45,502 nucleotides of DNA from Chlorokybus atmophyticus (taxonomy: Eukaryota > Plantae > Mesostigma and Chlorokybus algae): NCBI GenBank assembly GCA_009103225.1, contig RHPI01000008.1, positions 190,911 to 236,412 of the forward strand, in the 5' to 3' direction. A model generated the notes under the pieces. It was not told the DNA's origin. It did not search any database and saw only the letters and a list, made by a program, of their open reading frames with translations. Shown here piece by piece: positions 1-16,397 of this stretch (position 1 is its first letter; each line of letters opens with the position of its first letter). The translations under genes were made by a program, and so were the position numbers.

Positions 1-132
1 CACACCCACCCCACACCCAAACCCACACTCACACACATTTGTGCATGCAAATACACATGCGAGCGCACAGGCACACGCAAGCATACCATGCGCACAGGCA
101 CACACCCAGACACATCACACACGCCACCACAG

Positions 133-1282
133 GCCCCCAACGCTCAACTTGTGGCGTCCAGCAGCAGCTCGTACCTTCGCCCAGCGCGTACTACTAGCCC
201 TCGCAACCGAGTTACTCATCCTCTCCAACCCAACCCCCTTAGCTTTCATCTTGTTCTCTGGAGCCCCCAAGGCCTTCTACTACCAGCTGCTGAGACTGCT
301 TCAAGAGGAGGGGACGGAGGAGGCGAGGCTGGTGAGAGCGTGCGCCGCGATAGAAGTGTACGATTCAGCGCCAATTGACTTTAGAAGTAATCTTGGAGTG
401 AAGTTTCTCACGCATGATGTGGATGCGCGCACGCTCAAGGGCAGAGCTCTCGCCTCGGCAGCACGCACGGTAAAAATAGCAGTGTCAACTTTCTGTTTGT
501 GGGTGGTTGTGTGCTTAGAGCGGACTCGTACTGTTGCATGCGTGCTGATCTGTGCGTGCATGTACGCTTGTGTGTGCAGATGCGTGTGCGCACGTGCAGG
601 TGTTTACGCGTGCGTGCGTATGTGCGTGCGTGCGTGCGTGCAAACCTGAACCCAATGTCACCTCAGGCAGCGTGGATGATGGACGCGGTGGCTTTATCCA
701 CATGGGAGCAGCAGAGAGCAGACTTTTGGGACGCACTTGAGAACTCGCCTGTGAGTGGGGTCCTCTGACTCACGTATGCTGCTCGTCATCATGGCCTAGC
801 CTGACTGACAATCACAGCGCGTGCGCCACATAGGTGTGCGGCCCCGTGCTGCTTCTCTACTCGCAAGACGACAAGCTGGCCGCAGCCACGCGCATTGACA
901 AGTTCGCCAGGGACCTTAGGAGAAAGGGCCGGCGCGTCACGGCCGTGCGCTGGAAAGAAGGATCCCATGTTGGTGCGCATGTGTTGGTTCACCGTCACAT
1001 CAATATTGTATCAATGTTGTGTACAAGGTCAAGTTAAGAAGTCAGCAATGCGCGTGACATGTTGTGTCCAACATGTCTAGCGCATTGCTGAATGCTTGAC
1101 CTTGTACAGGGCTGTTGAGAAAGCATCCTACGGAGTACAGGCTTGCGCTGTCCTCTGCGTTGGCGGGTGCGGCTGAGAGCTGGCATCGCAATCGACCGCG
1201 AGGGGAGAATGATGCGGGGGTCAGTGCATCCACCCAGCAGGCAGCAGCACCAGCTGCACCGATTGTGAGCTCACGGTTGTGA
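133..1282 (+). CDS. DUF829/TMEM53-family alpha/beta-hydrolase-like protein, 3' four exons (5' end lies upstream of the window); ends in PTS1-like SRL
   Basis: GT-AG exons 133-502, 667-750, 834-972 and 1110-1282 splice in frame. The product reads PTLNLW...LFSGAPKAFYYQLL...YDSAPIDFRSNLG...WEQQRADFWDAL...PVLLLYSQDDKLA...WKEGSHVGLLRKHPTEY...SSRL*, matching the plant DUF829 pattern as I recall it (FSGGPK, DSSPVDF, LILCSEDDDLA, SPHVGH). Confidence 0.85.
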
Positions 1283-3019
1283 CAAATCATGTAGCGCACA
1301 ATTGCACTATGCATGCGATGTGCATAATGGCAGAGCCCACGTACAGGCTTTGCTTCATTGATTGGTAGTTTGAAGTTTGAGCTGATAAACCATTGTATGT
1401 AATTGTAGCTAACTATTGTACGATTATGTATCGCACATCATGCCAAAGTGCTTGACGAGCATTAAAGTTGGCAGCAAGGGACAGCTTGCAGTTCCAATCT
1501 TATCGTGTTGTTTTCTTATCGTGTTGTTTTGGTGATCTATGTGGCATATCAGTGACCGATAAGCTTCAGGTATGCATAGATTTGTGCTGTATTGGTTGAG
1601 TTCATTTTTGCAGGACGTCGGTAACTCAATGATGGCCTCTTGCCAAATCGCAGCCTACTACCGCATCAATTGATCATACCTTTGAGATTGCATGAGTAGG
1701 AAGTGCATGGTAAGTGCGAATGCACAAATGAAGTGACTGTGCGCAGCATTCCGCGGTGATAGTAGTAATTATGTGCACGTCATGACAGTGTTTACAAAAA
1801 AACGTCATGATTGACTTGGTTAGTAACCGGTGGTTACGCCAAGCAGCTGAAAATCGTGATGTCTTCAATTTGGGCTTATCAGCGCACAGCCTTTCGTACG
1901 ATATTGCTTAAGGTATATGGCTACTTAATATAAATGTATGCCCTCAGTAGTCATCCTAGTTACTTTCGTGGAGCACATGTGCGATTAATCACGTTTTACA
2001 TGTCCATGTGATGAAGATCTATGGCTGCCCATGATAAGCATACTCCCACAGCCACTTTGTGTATTGGAAAACAAAGTGCGCAACACATGCGCGATTGATC
2101 ACGGGTTACAATGAAAAAGGCAAAGTTGCTTAACTTAGCAACCGTTGTGCATATATTTTCGATAAGCACATGTACTACGGTTGCTAAGCTTACACATGTG
2201 AATACTTGCCGGTTATAAGTGTCGAATTCAATGATGTATTATCCCAAGCAAGATGCATATTAATATGTAGGCTATGATCATTAGTAATAATATTAGTCGT
2301 AATTGATCAAATGCGGTGGCATTGAATGATCCTCGAGCTTTACCCTTGTCTTGCTTGTCATTGCAATTGCTTGTCTTTCCTCATTTGCTCTCTGTAATGG
2401 TCAAGCGGTACAACGTGCGACATGTGACGCTGAGGTAATTGGGCCCCTCACCTATTGTTCTTGCTTTGGTTTCATTATTGACTTGCGTGAGCTTCAATTC
2501 TAGCAGCCTTGTTGCACTAGATGGCCCCTACTGTGCATCTTAGCCATCTGTCCAATATCATTGGTTTGAAGCATGAAAGCGATAAATTGCTTGATGTTTA
2601 TGCTACAATCATACCGCATAGAGCAAACAATCACTTGAACATGGTGACTATTATCGTTATTAATAAAAGTTACAAGTTACAAGCGAGAAGATTGCTATGG
2701 GTATGGGTACAGGTAGAATGACGCATAACGCAAGCAATTATTACATATATGAGTAATGTTCGTAACGTTGTGAGTTGTTGTCATCATTTCAGTTGTGGTA
2801 AGGAGAGGTCTGACCTGTGACACATGAACCTCACAGCTCGACCAGGGTCGAACTGAATCGGTTCTTGATCTCTCGTTGCCGCCGGGCGAGTTCCAAAAGA
2901 CCGCTGGAAAACGCGCGAAAGCTCAAATATTCAAACATTTAAACTTGGCTCAACGATACATTTACGAATTACAACCGGCACTCTGCTCAGTTCGCATAGC
3001 CATTGCTTCACTTTCTTCA

Positions 3020-3020
3020 G

Positions 3021-3052
<32 letters not shown>

Positions 3053-3064
3053 GCGACGGCGGCG
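3020..3064 (+). repeat. (GCGACG/GCG)n low-complexity tract upstream of the ATG at 3232
   Basis: gcgacggcgacggcgacggcgacggcggcgacggcgacggcggcg read directly. Confidence 0.9.
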
Positions 3065-3231
3065 AAACAGGCGTAGGAGGAGAAGAAGGAGGTGAAGAAA
3101 TCAGGGAGGTGTAGGAGTCTTGTCTTGCGTGGTCGTAGTTGTTGTGGTCGGTGTAGTCATCGTGCTTGTGTTCTGGTCAAGTCCATTCCTTGTCCTTCGC
3201 GGTCCTCGTCCTTGTCCGTGTCCCTGCCAAC

Positions 3232-6150
<2,919 letters not shown>

Positions 6151-8087
6151 CGAAGGGAGTGAGGGGAGGCCAGTCAACGATACCTGATGAATACCCGCCA
6201 TCATCAACAACAACAACAACAATTAGAGTGTGCGGTGTAGCTCGCCCAAGTGTACATAAAGCAGGTTCAGCTGGCATAAGGAGGGCGTGCTGATGCACTG
6301 TCTAGTGGCGTAAGGGGTGATAGCAGTGGTAAGGTAAGGGCTTTTCCCTTCAGGCTAGACAAGGAGTTTCCGCACAAGTTTCAGACTTTGTCAGTGTATG
6401 TTTATGTGTCAAGTTGAGTTGATGACAGTGCACGGAATGAGTGTGCTTGAGATGATGACAGTGCACCAAGAGGAGTGAAGATGTCTGGTGTTGGCACGCT
6501 GTCTGTCGTTGCGGTTATGGTATAGTTTGTTGTGTCAGGAATAACTGGCACATCAGTTCTGGAATGTGAACACTTGCATGTGCGAGGTGTTTGTGTTGGA
6601 TACAGTTGTGTGAGCAACCTGACCTGACACTACACTTGCTGCTGTTCAAACTTTGCTGTGCGTAGCTTAGATGCGCTCGTTGCCACATCCACGTCTTAAA
6701 GTTTTCTTGCTGATATCGCTCCTATTGTCGCTACCATGCTAGCACGCACGCGCGCTTGCGCATATACACATACACATGCAAGTAGGGCATCTTGGCTAGG
6801 GGCTGCCCTTGCATTGAATGTATTGTGCACGCCTTGGTTGCAATGCGTGGAGATACAAGATATGGTATGTACACACGCACCTGCGCGCGAGAGAACACAA
6901 GCATGGGTGCAGGCGCGGGCGCCTGTGTACATACACAAGCGCGCCCTTTCCCTGGTGGCTGGACAACAAGACATGTCACTCAATGTGACACAGCTTAGAG
7001 TTGGTCAAGGGTGTTGAATGCAAGCTTAGCTCTTCACCTAAGTGATGCACATCAAATGCATACATGATACAAAAAGCAAAAAGCATTATTCACTCATAAA
7101 CATCACATGTTGATACACCAAGCTCATGAGTTGGATTCATACGCATGCTCGCGATGCATTATGGAATGCCAATCAATGATATCAAAGTGGCACATACATT
7201 ACAACCCACACTTGTTTGTGTGATTTTTTTCAATTGAACCTTCAACTGTTATATTCGTAAGAGTCATTGGACTGCATTGATGATGTTGATGTTAAGGCCT
7301 AAAATACCTTATTGGAACTACAACCAAGGCCATCAGAGTTATTCTATATTGTATGCGCCACTACGGTATACTTGCAGCAATAACAAGTGAAATCGTACTG
7401 CAAATTGGCTTTGTGTATGAAATGAGGCTGTTCCACTAAATCACATCAGCAAAAGGCGCTGATGATTGAGGATTTCGAATCCTTTACATTGAATATAATT
7501 TTATGCTACCGTTGTAACACGTAGCAAATCATATCCTTACCATGTCTTTAAAACATCATTCCTACAATTGATGGGTACGTTTACATCACACACGACAAAA
7601 CGCAATAAAACTATAACCCATGTGCGACGATGCATTTACATTTTATACTTCAACATACACCGCGATTCATGAGCACATGTACAGTGTGTTGTACATGTTG
7701 ATTGAATGCTGCCATTACAGTACCCCTTGTACAAACACTACAATGGCTTTTGTATATATAGCAGCATTTGCTTAAGGGGTACTGTAACACGTGCTCGTGT
7801 TGAGTATAGGTGTTCGTCAAGAGTATTACTATTAGCCCCATAGGAAGGTTATCTCCATGCGTTGACTTGTATGCCATCGCTGCAATTAAGATGCATTGTG
7901 GATCAATCAACGTACGGCACCATGATGCATTACAAACAACTCCAATGCGTGTTTCAGGTTTCAAGCATGTATTGCTATAACCGCAATTTCATGCACAGTC
8001 TTTACCACCTGCACACTGTCATCACCAGTTGTATTCGGTAGCGTGTTTGATTTTGAGTTAATTATCACCGCATTTTTGCTTAGGATA

Positions 8088-8237
8088 CCGTATTTGCCCG
8101 AATACCAACACCCCCACCCCCGCAACAAACAAAGCACCCCCCGCATATTCCAAGAGGGAGGGTGTATTAGGGTATTGTTTTGCCCGTAAAAGGGGCGTGC
8201 CAAATAAAGCCCGGCGGGGGTAATTCGGGCAATACGG
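8088..8237. mobile_element. 150-bp MITE, Tc1/mariner-type (TA flanks)
   Basis: TA|CCGTATTTGCCCGAATACC ... GGTAATTCGGGCAATACGG|TA: ~19-bp imperfect TIRs with TA on both sides. Confidence 0.75.
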
Positions 8238-8515
8238 TACACCAGTGCCATAGACTATGGCACTGTATGGGCCATTCTGCCACTACAGATTGTGTTCAGT
8301 GATCCGCACACTCCATAGCAGTTGCTCACACAAGTTGTGGCTCACAACCGTCTGAGCCGTTGTGTGTCCCTGAACCCGGCTCACTGCCCCGTCAACTCCC
8401 GTGTCACGTGACCCCGCAGCGCCACGCAACGGACCGACCGACGCAACGGACCAGACAGCAGCGACGGTGGTGAAGGAGAGGGAAGAGGAGGAGGAGGAGG
8501 GGGAGGAGGAGGAGG

Positions 8516-8738
8516 NNNNNNNNNNNNNNNNNNNNNNNNNNNNNNNNNNNNNNNNNNNNNNNNNNNNNNNNNNNNNNNNNNNNNNNNNNNNNNNNNNNNN
8601 NNNNNNNNNNNNNNNNNNNNNNNNNNNNNNNNNNNNNNNNNNNNNNNNNNNNNNNNNNNNNNNNNNNNNNNNNNNNNNNNNNNNNNNNNNNNNNNNNNNN
8701 NNNNNNNNNNNNNNNNNNNNNNNNNNNNNNNNNNNNNN
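8516..8738. other. Assembly gap (223 N) following a (GAG)n tract
   Basis: N run. Confidence 0.99.
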
Positions 8739-9202
8739 GATACTCTTTCTCAGCGGTCGGCACAGAGACGAAGGGCATTGTAAGGTGAGAGACGTCATAC
8801 CTGTCCGAAGGTTACGTAACGGTTGCCAAGGAGAAGGTGGAGGGACAGTTGGACAAGGAATCTCTTTGGTCTGCTCTTGGTCTGGTTGCCCTTGGCGTTT
8901 GACTTTGTGTCTTTCTATCGTTGTCGTCGAGCTTCGTCTACCCTCAAGGTTTGTTTGGGAGTCTCATGTTTAGCACAAGCGCTGCGTGCTGTGGACAGTA
9001 TGCTGCTGGAACCAGATTGTCAACAGAACCAGATACACACATGCATGTTCATGAATAACCCCTTCTGTGCTTCCACAGCAGCACATTCTCACTGTTGCGC
9101 TGGACAGGCAAAGGAGCTCCAGCAGATCAGAAGCAGTTAAAGGCTCGTGCGACACAACAACACTCACCCCAACCGCACAACACCTCTTGCTTCCTCGGAA
9201 CT

Positions 9203-11176
9203 ATGAACACCTTCTGCGCACTGGTACTGGCGGTGTTGTTACTCCTCACTCTCCTTACACAAGGTAGGGAGCAAGAGAATGACAGCGAACAGGCTATGCG
9301 TTGTCTTTTGGCTTCTCTCAATGCATGTGGTCTTGTCTGTGTTTACAGGAGCTGCACATGGCGGTCACCGTTGCGCCCACGACTCGCACGTGACACCTGC
9401 GCTGGCGGAACTGCAGCGCATACGCGAGGCAGCACGCGCAGCAGGGTAAGCTTGATGGCACCATGTGGGAGGGTGGGTGTGCGTGCGTGCGTGTGGGCGT
9501 GCCTGCGCACGCACGATCTTGGGTGAGTGCGTGCGCACGCGCCAGTGTGTGTGCGTGCGTGCGCATGTATGTGCATGAGCGCGTCATGGTGTGGGGGGAC
9601 ATGAGCCCACGAATATGTACGTATGCATGTGTTTGTGTTTGTGTTTGTTTCACATCTGCACAGCGTGCCAGCGTGTGTGCACGCGGGTGTCCATGCATGC
9701 GTATGTGCAATTGCATGAGGACCCCGCATCTGTTCAACCCTCCTGGCATTCGTGCATGGGCATGAGGTAGCATTCGCTTGTATCTATATGCATGTACATG
9801 GAGTGTCTTACACTCTTTATCATCTCATCACCAACTACAACTACGCCAACATGTATCTTCGCAGCGTGTGGCCAACAGCAGCACCCGCCACACATCACAG
9901 AAGCTTGCTGCAGGAGAGCGATGATGGAGCCGTTTCATGGCCGCTGCGCATACTGCCAGTAAACACACTCGCTCGTATCACCCAACGCGCACACAACGGC
10001 GGGCACATCAACAACCTGTGCAATGTGTGCTGCTTTAATTCAGGTATATCAGCTCGACGGCGCGAGCAACACTACGGCCGCTTTCATGCGCGACAAGCTA
10101 ATACCCGCGGCAATCGGGTGAGCAAGCAGCAGCAACAACAACAACAACAACACACGGTAGTTAACTAGTTAAGTAATGTGTGACCAGTCTTTTTGCAACA
10201 GGCATTTGACGCGGGTGCTTGATTTGCGTGGCGGCAATGGTGTCGATGGCGCCCTCACCACAACCCAACAACAGCAGCAACAACAACTACCTCCACTCGT
10301 CCTTCACCGCGTGTGCACTGCTTGGGCCCCTGTCGGGAACACCACCCTGTGCTTCGCCTACTCCGGCAACTCCTGCCTGGTAACTTATATCATCATCATG
10401 AGCAATAGAACACGAACACACACACACACACACACACACACACATCCACACAGCTGGGGAGTTTGGACTCGAGTCTCTTCGCTGAGACCGCCGTGTCCGG
10501 GGGTAGTGGAAGTATCGACGACGGCGTCGCTAAAGGCGTGGACGCGGACTTTATCCTTGTTGTCACGGCGGTGACGACACCCGCGTGCAGGATAAACACG
10601 CTTGCGCAGGCCGGCCACTGCGCTCAGGTGTGTGTGTGCTTGTGTGTTTGTGTGGGTTGTAGTTGTCGCGCGTGAAGTGTGTGGGATGAAGCGTGTCGGT
10701 GCGTCTGGCAGGATCCCGTGACGGATAGGCCTACGGCGGGCAACGCCAACTTCTGTCCCAATGCCATCTCGACCAATGAGAAGTATTGGAAGGACCAGGT
10801 AAGTTGCTGCTGTGGATGTGTGGATGTTGTTCTGGCGATGATGGGTGCTGGTGCTGACCGTGTACACGTATGACAGTTGAAGACGGCGGTGCATGAGATC
10901 ACGCATGCGCTTGGCTTCAGCAGCAGTCTCTTTCCCTACTATCGCCACCCTGATGGTATGCATGCGCGCGTTCATGCTCACACGCACGCACACACGTACA
11001 CCAACAAACATAGGCGCACGCAAATAGCGCACACACACGGGCAGGCAGGCGCAAGTGTTGGCACAGGTCTACACGCGTTGACACACGTGCACACGCTCAT
11101 GCACATACGCATGTGCACACGCATATCTACGCGCATGCACATGCGGGTACCCCCCCACCCCCCCCCACCCCCAACN

Positions 11177-11216
<40 letters not shown>

Positions 11217-11572
11217 CAGGTTCCCCCCGCATCCCTCGCGGCCCTGGCGGTTCCCTCCCCTCCTCCTCCTCCTCCCTCTCCTCCCCCGTGATCCTCCTCT
11301 CCCCCTCCGGCCGCCGTTTCCTCGCGACGGAGGGCGTCCGCGCCGCTGCCGGTCGCCAGTTCGGGTGCGATACCAATGAGATGGAGGGGGGACTGTTGGA
11401 GGATGACGGGGGGGACGCCATGGCGGGGAGTCACTGGGAGGGAGCGGTGATGAAAGGGGAGGTGATGGTCGGGGAGGCGGAGACGGGGCAGACCATGACC
11501 AACATGACACTGGCTGCGTTGTAAGCGTGGGATATGGGTGTACACCACCACACTGGGTCACATACACACGCG

Positions 11573-11623
<51 letters not shown>

Positions 11624-13301
11624 ACGATTCCGGTTGGTACCTCCCCCAGTGGTCCCTCTCCGGCTTCTCCTCTTTCGGCTTCGACTCCGGCTGCTCCTTC
11701 GCCACCGCATCAAACGCCACCACCTCCCCCTTCTATTGCGACGCGGACGCAAAGCGCACATCCACGCTGTTCAACGGCTCAACTGTACCTATGACAGACG
11801 CGTGCACGTACGACGGCACAGCCGCGGGAGCGTGCCAAACAATACCGACATACGACTCAGAAGCGATCGTCCAAGGGTGAGATTCTCATTACTGTGGTTG
11901 CTGTTGATGTTGTTGCTGATGTTGGTACCAACAGTATGGTTACTTCTACTGCAGGTATTCCAACTACCAGTGTACTGATGCTGGTGCGGGCGGTGTCACC
12001 AGCGACGTCTCTTCTCCTCGCTATTGGGGTCAGAGTTTTGGGTTGGATGCGCGTTGTTTTGGGGACGGCAGCGGCTACTGGCAAGCGCCCGGGTGGGTGC
12101 GGCCCGCGTATGGGGCCGGGTGCTACCGACGACGGTGCTTGGAGGTGAATGAAGAGGGGGATTGGACGCTGCAACTGTCACTAGGTGGGTGGACGTGTGT
12201 GTGGGTGGGTGCGTGTGTGGGTGCGTGCCCGTGCATACTCATGTGCGTGTGCGTGTATGCACGTGTGTGATGTTGCGTGCATGAGGGTAAGACTTCCTTT
12301 GACCTTTCTTCAGGTGAGGATGTGTGGTTTGACTGTGTGGACAACGAGGAGGTTGACATCAGCGGGAAAGGCGGAGGGAAGTTCTCGCACGGGACAGTTG
12401 GGCCGTGTCCCATTGCCAATGAGTACTGCAAGTTCAACAGCTGCCCCAATGACTGCTTCGCCAACGGTGGGAGTCAGTGGTGCATGTATGTGTGTGCATG
12501 AGATGGTTCAGTTGGGTTGACTATATGCGTATGTGCGTAGGCAACTGCTACCTTGGCAAGTGCTACTGCGTGCCGGGCTTCGTGGGCGAAGACTGCTCAA
12601 TTGTAAGTGGCCCAGCATCACGCACTCACACATGCACGCGTGCGTGCGCACGCACACATGCGCACACGCATATGTGCTCTTTGTGTGTTGCTCTGTGTGT
12701 TGCGTGCCTGCGCATTTGTGTGCATGCATATGTGTGTGTACGCATTTCACCGCCCCTTACAATTTGCTTCTTCTATCCTTCATGATGTCTCCATCCACTG
12801 GCAGGCTGCTTGCACCCCCGGCAGCTGCGGTTCGGCTGGCCCCTGCGACCTCGCCACCGGGTTGTGTCCAGGCCAGGCCGGCGAGGCCATATTGCCACCA
12901 CCGGCTAGCTTCGATACCACCACACCAGCACCGGCCCCCACGTCACCGCAACGGAGCTTCGTCACTAAACTCGGAGCTACCACGAGCGTGCTCGGGGTGC
13001 GATACCTTGGCGTGGCGTTCGCGGCGGGAGGGATCATTGTGTTGGCGGCTATCGTGGCTGTTTTTACTACTCGTGAGTACTACTTGTATGTTCTTATTGA
13101 TTGGGTTGCATGAAGTGAGTGCTCATGTTTGTACATGTGTGCGCAGGGTGGAGAAGGACGAAGCGGCGGAGAGGGAGAGCCATACGGATCAGTGAAAGTA
13201 GGGTGGACTTGATGGCGATGGGGATGGCGACGGAGGCCGAAGTTGGTGATGATGTTGAGGAAGCGGGCAGCACATGTAATGCACGCATACCATCCTCATG
13301 A
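9203..13301 (+). CDS. Leishmanolysin-like zinc metallopeptidase (peptidase M8/GP63/invadolysin family), multi-exon, with EGF-like domain and C-terminal TM
   Basis: Signal peptide MNTFCALVLAVLLLLTLL; pro-domain HRCAHD; WPLRI; DADFILVVT; RPTAGNANFCP; HEITHALGFS (HExxH); LLEDDGG..AGSHWE; MTLAALYDSGWY; EGF-like [51 protein letters not shown]. Introns are rich in CA/TG repeats. Confidence 0.93.
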
Positions 13302-13708
13302 TAACTCAATATACGGTTGATAACTTGTGATGCTTTGGGATACTCACACCGCGTAATGATATTTGTCACAATACCAAGCGACACACACATTGCAACGTTT
13401 GGTCAAAAAGTCCAGTGAAGATCGGATGGCGCGCGCGCTCTTACGCAAACAACAACATCAAACGGGTGGAGCTGTACTATATCCAGCTCGTAGCATTAAA
13501 TACAGTGTTGGAAAGGTAGCTTTTAGCATGTCTCGCGTGTGGATGGGTTATTGAAAACACGCAAAAAGAGAAACAAAATCTGTTTAACAGATTAACCGTC
13601 ATGCAAAGAGGTGAGTGTGTTCGATACATGCATATTGCGTTTAATACAAAAATGCTTGCAATATTTTTATTATGATAGTTAACGGTCAAAAAATTTGTAA
13701 AAATAGAA

Positions 13709-13808
13709 ACTAACTAACTTTTATTTTAAAAATTACCTGCACTAAAAATTACCTGCACTAAAAATTACCTGCACTAACTAACTTTTATTTTTAAAAATTA
13801 CCTGCACT
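13709..13808. repeat. Short tandem array of 16-mer AAAAATTACCTGCACT (4 copies) with a higher-order ~35-bp unit
   Basis: Copies at 13728, 13744, 13760 and 13793; ACTAACTAACTTTTATTTT precedes the first and last copies. Confidence 0.9.
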
Positions 13809-13863
13809 GGTATACAAGTGCATGCAACCAAGCTACGCGAGTAGCATGTTGCTACATGGCAAC

Positions 13864-14381
13864 TGTAACGAACCACTAAGCCACAAAAGCATGAAGTGTA
13901 TTTTGTGGTTATTGTGGCGTTATTATCGGGTCGTCCCGTTAACCCCCACCACCATCACTTAGGCATCAGATGTCCTCATTGGATGTGAGTTTCACAGGGC
14001 ACCTCGTCACGTAGCAGTGGAAGCACTTTGTATTCATCACTGAGCACCCGCAGCGCGCATTACCCCGCTGAGTACGATTGTCAATCGCCGTCAGGCAAGT
14101 TGCGCGGTACTACCCAGCGACGGCTCCAGGTGCGCGCGACGCGTTGGAATGACTGAATGCCTTCCGGCAAGTCGCGCGTTGCACTGAGCAAATGCGCGTG
14201 ACCCATCATTTTTGGATCCATAACGACGACCTGCAAAATCTTTCTTGGTCTGCCGTGAGGCGGTTTTTACCTCATGACCTTTAGGTCTCAAGCTCCGATG
14301 ACCAATGTAACGAACCACTGGGCCATATAAGCATGAAGTGTGTTTTGTGGTCATTGTGGCCTTATCATCGAGTCATCCCGT
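13864..14381. repeat. Pair of ~76-bp diverged direct repeats (13864-13939 and 14306-14381) starting TGTAACGAACCACT
   Basis: TGTAACGAACCACTaaGCCAcAaAAGCATGAAGTGTaTTTTGTGGTtATTGTGGC aligns by eye with the second copy. Confidence 0.85.
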
Positions 14382-16015
14382 AAGATTTATTGGGGTCACG
14401 ATTTAGGATAAATTGTAACAGACCTCACTCATGGTAGCGTCTTTTGCTACCATAGCCTTGTGGTCACAGCCCACTTGTTACAGCAACGTATGTAGACATA
14501 TAAATATTAATTTGTAATCACAAATGCTATAACATATAACTACAACGGCAAGCACTTATAACGGTGTAGTTGAGGACAAGTCGTTGTACGGGCGCTGTAT
14601 GCTACAAGTTGCGAATTTCACAAGTAGGCCGCTATGTATATGAAGTACATAATGACATCTTTGATATAAGAGGTTTTCGAGGTGAAGTTTGATTTCCTAT
14701 GTTACTTTTGTTGGGCATAACCAACTGTTAGGTATAGCAATGTATGGTATTGATTGCAATGTTTTATCATAATTGGTGTAGACCGGATGTGGCGCTGAGC
14801 TCTTACATACTTGTAGAGCTAAAATCATCCACTTTTAACAGGAAAGCTTTTGGTATATCTCGCCACGATTGACAGGGTAAATTGTAACAACGATCCTGTC
14901 ATAACTATCATTACCAGGAATAACTATCCGGAGTACTTTGCTGGAGAGCATGGTGTTGCTCAACCATCCTCGTCTTCAGCATAAAGCTGCCACTTCAATG
15001 GCTCCACATATGAAGGCTTTTATTGCCAATAGCAACCAGCGCAATAATGGTGGTACTTGCTGCAGCTGCTATGCAGCGCACATCACTGTCTGCATCACGG
15101 CCGAAGTTGGTCAGCCGCAATGCGTCAACAGCTGGCAACGGCAACGAGTAGGATGTAGCAGTGGGAGTTTGTGACAACGAAACCATTTCGCAACACACTC
15201 CCTGCCAGGCGGTTTTAGTGAAAACATGAAGAACGAGACATATATTAACCGTGTATATAAAGAGCTGAGTGTGTTTTATACATGCAGATTTAACTTTTTG
15301 TTCACAAATCGCGCGGTTGTGTTTCAAATGTCTTAAACTGCTATGATAAGGGTTATTTTTGATGAATAAAAACCATATGGTACATGGTCTTTCCAAAACA
15401 TAAAGTCTTAACAAAGTTTAATATCCACATATTAAATGTATGCGCTGGCTTGTTTCGGCAAGCAACTTGCTTTTAAATCACAATACGCGAGGTCCATAAT
15501 ACGTTATAATATGTTATAATGAATCTCTTTGGGATAGTATTGCAGTGAGTTGCGCATGTGCCCCACTCACTCACTTATTGCGATGTAGAAGGATATGGTT
15601 GAGGTAGAGCAAGCCGTTATTCCGCAGCAATGATTGTGATGGTTGAAGTTGCGCCGTGATGCACTCATGGTTTTTGCTGTTTTCAATCCTACAGACCGCA
15701 ATGCATACATACCATGCGCTATTGCATGTGCTTTACGTAATGAGGCATTACCAACAGCACATATGCATGACTCGATCACAATGCCAAGAAATGTGAGATG
15801 CCAATGTGCACGCGCACCACTCTGACATAAATGCAATAATTACACGCAATTGCAAGTTAATGCACTCACGCAACCATATTGGCTCAGTTTTCAAAAGCAA
15901 GACGCACATTGCATCACAGCTGTCTACTGCACCATGCTACAGTTACCGCTACAGCTATTGACCTTCCCATTTAAACGGCCTAAGTACTACCCTCGTTTAA
16001 CCCCGATTGATAATG

Positions 16016-16397
16016 CCCCCCCCCCCCCCCCCCCCCCCCCNNNNNNNNNNNNNNNNNNNNNNNNNNNNNNNNNNNNNNNNNNNNNNNNNNNNNNNNNNNN
16101 NNNNNNNNNNNNNNNNNNNNNNNNNNNNNNNNNNNNNNNNNNNNNNNNNNNNNNNNNNNNNNNNNNNNNNNNNNNNNNNNNNNNNNNNNNNNNNNNNNNN
16201 NNNNNNNNNNNNNNNNNNNNNNNNNNNNNNNNNNNNNNNNNNNNNNNNNNNNNNNNNNNNNNNNNNNNNNNNNNNNNNNNNNNNNNNNNNNNNNNNNNNN
16301 NNNNNNNNNNNNNNNNNNNNNNNNNNNNNNNNNNNNNNNNNNNNNNNNNNNNNNNNNNNNNNNNNNNNNNNNNNNNNNCCCCCCCCCCCCCCCCCCC
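16016..16397. other. Assembly gap (338 N, 16041-16378) flanked by poly(C) tracts
   Basis: N run between C homopolymers. Confidence 0.99.

Noticed and set aside
1398-1402. TGTAA chlorophyte-type poly(A) signal after the DUF829 stop
   Set aside because: A 5-mer that occurs by chance; not enough to call a site or assign the lineage.
2133-2188. 12-bp inverted repeat CTTAGCAACCGT...ACGGTTGCTAAG
   Set aside because: Short, with no TSD or family context; probably debris of an old DNA transposon.
8283-8973. ORFs spanning the first N gap
   Set aside because: Artefacts of N translation.
9318-12785. Many HT-, CV- and AR-rich ORFs on both strands
   Set aside because: They arise from (CA/TG)n-rich introns of the M8 protease gene; only the spliced exons carry family motifs.
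13728-13808. 16-mer array considered as CRISPR-like
   Set aside because: The units are head-to-tail with no unique spacers, there are no cas genes, and the context is eukaryotic.
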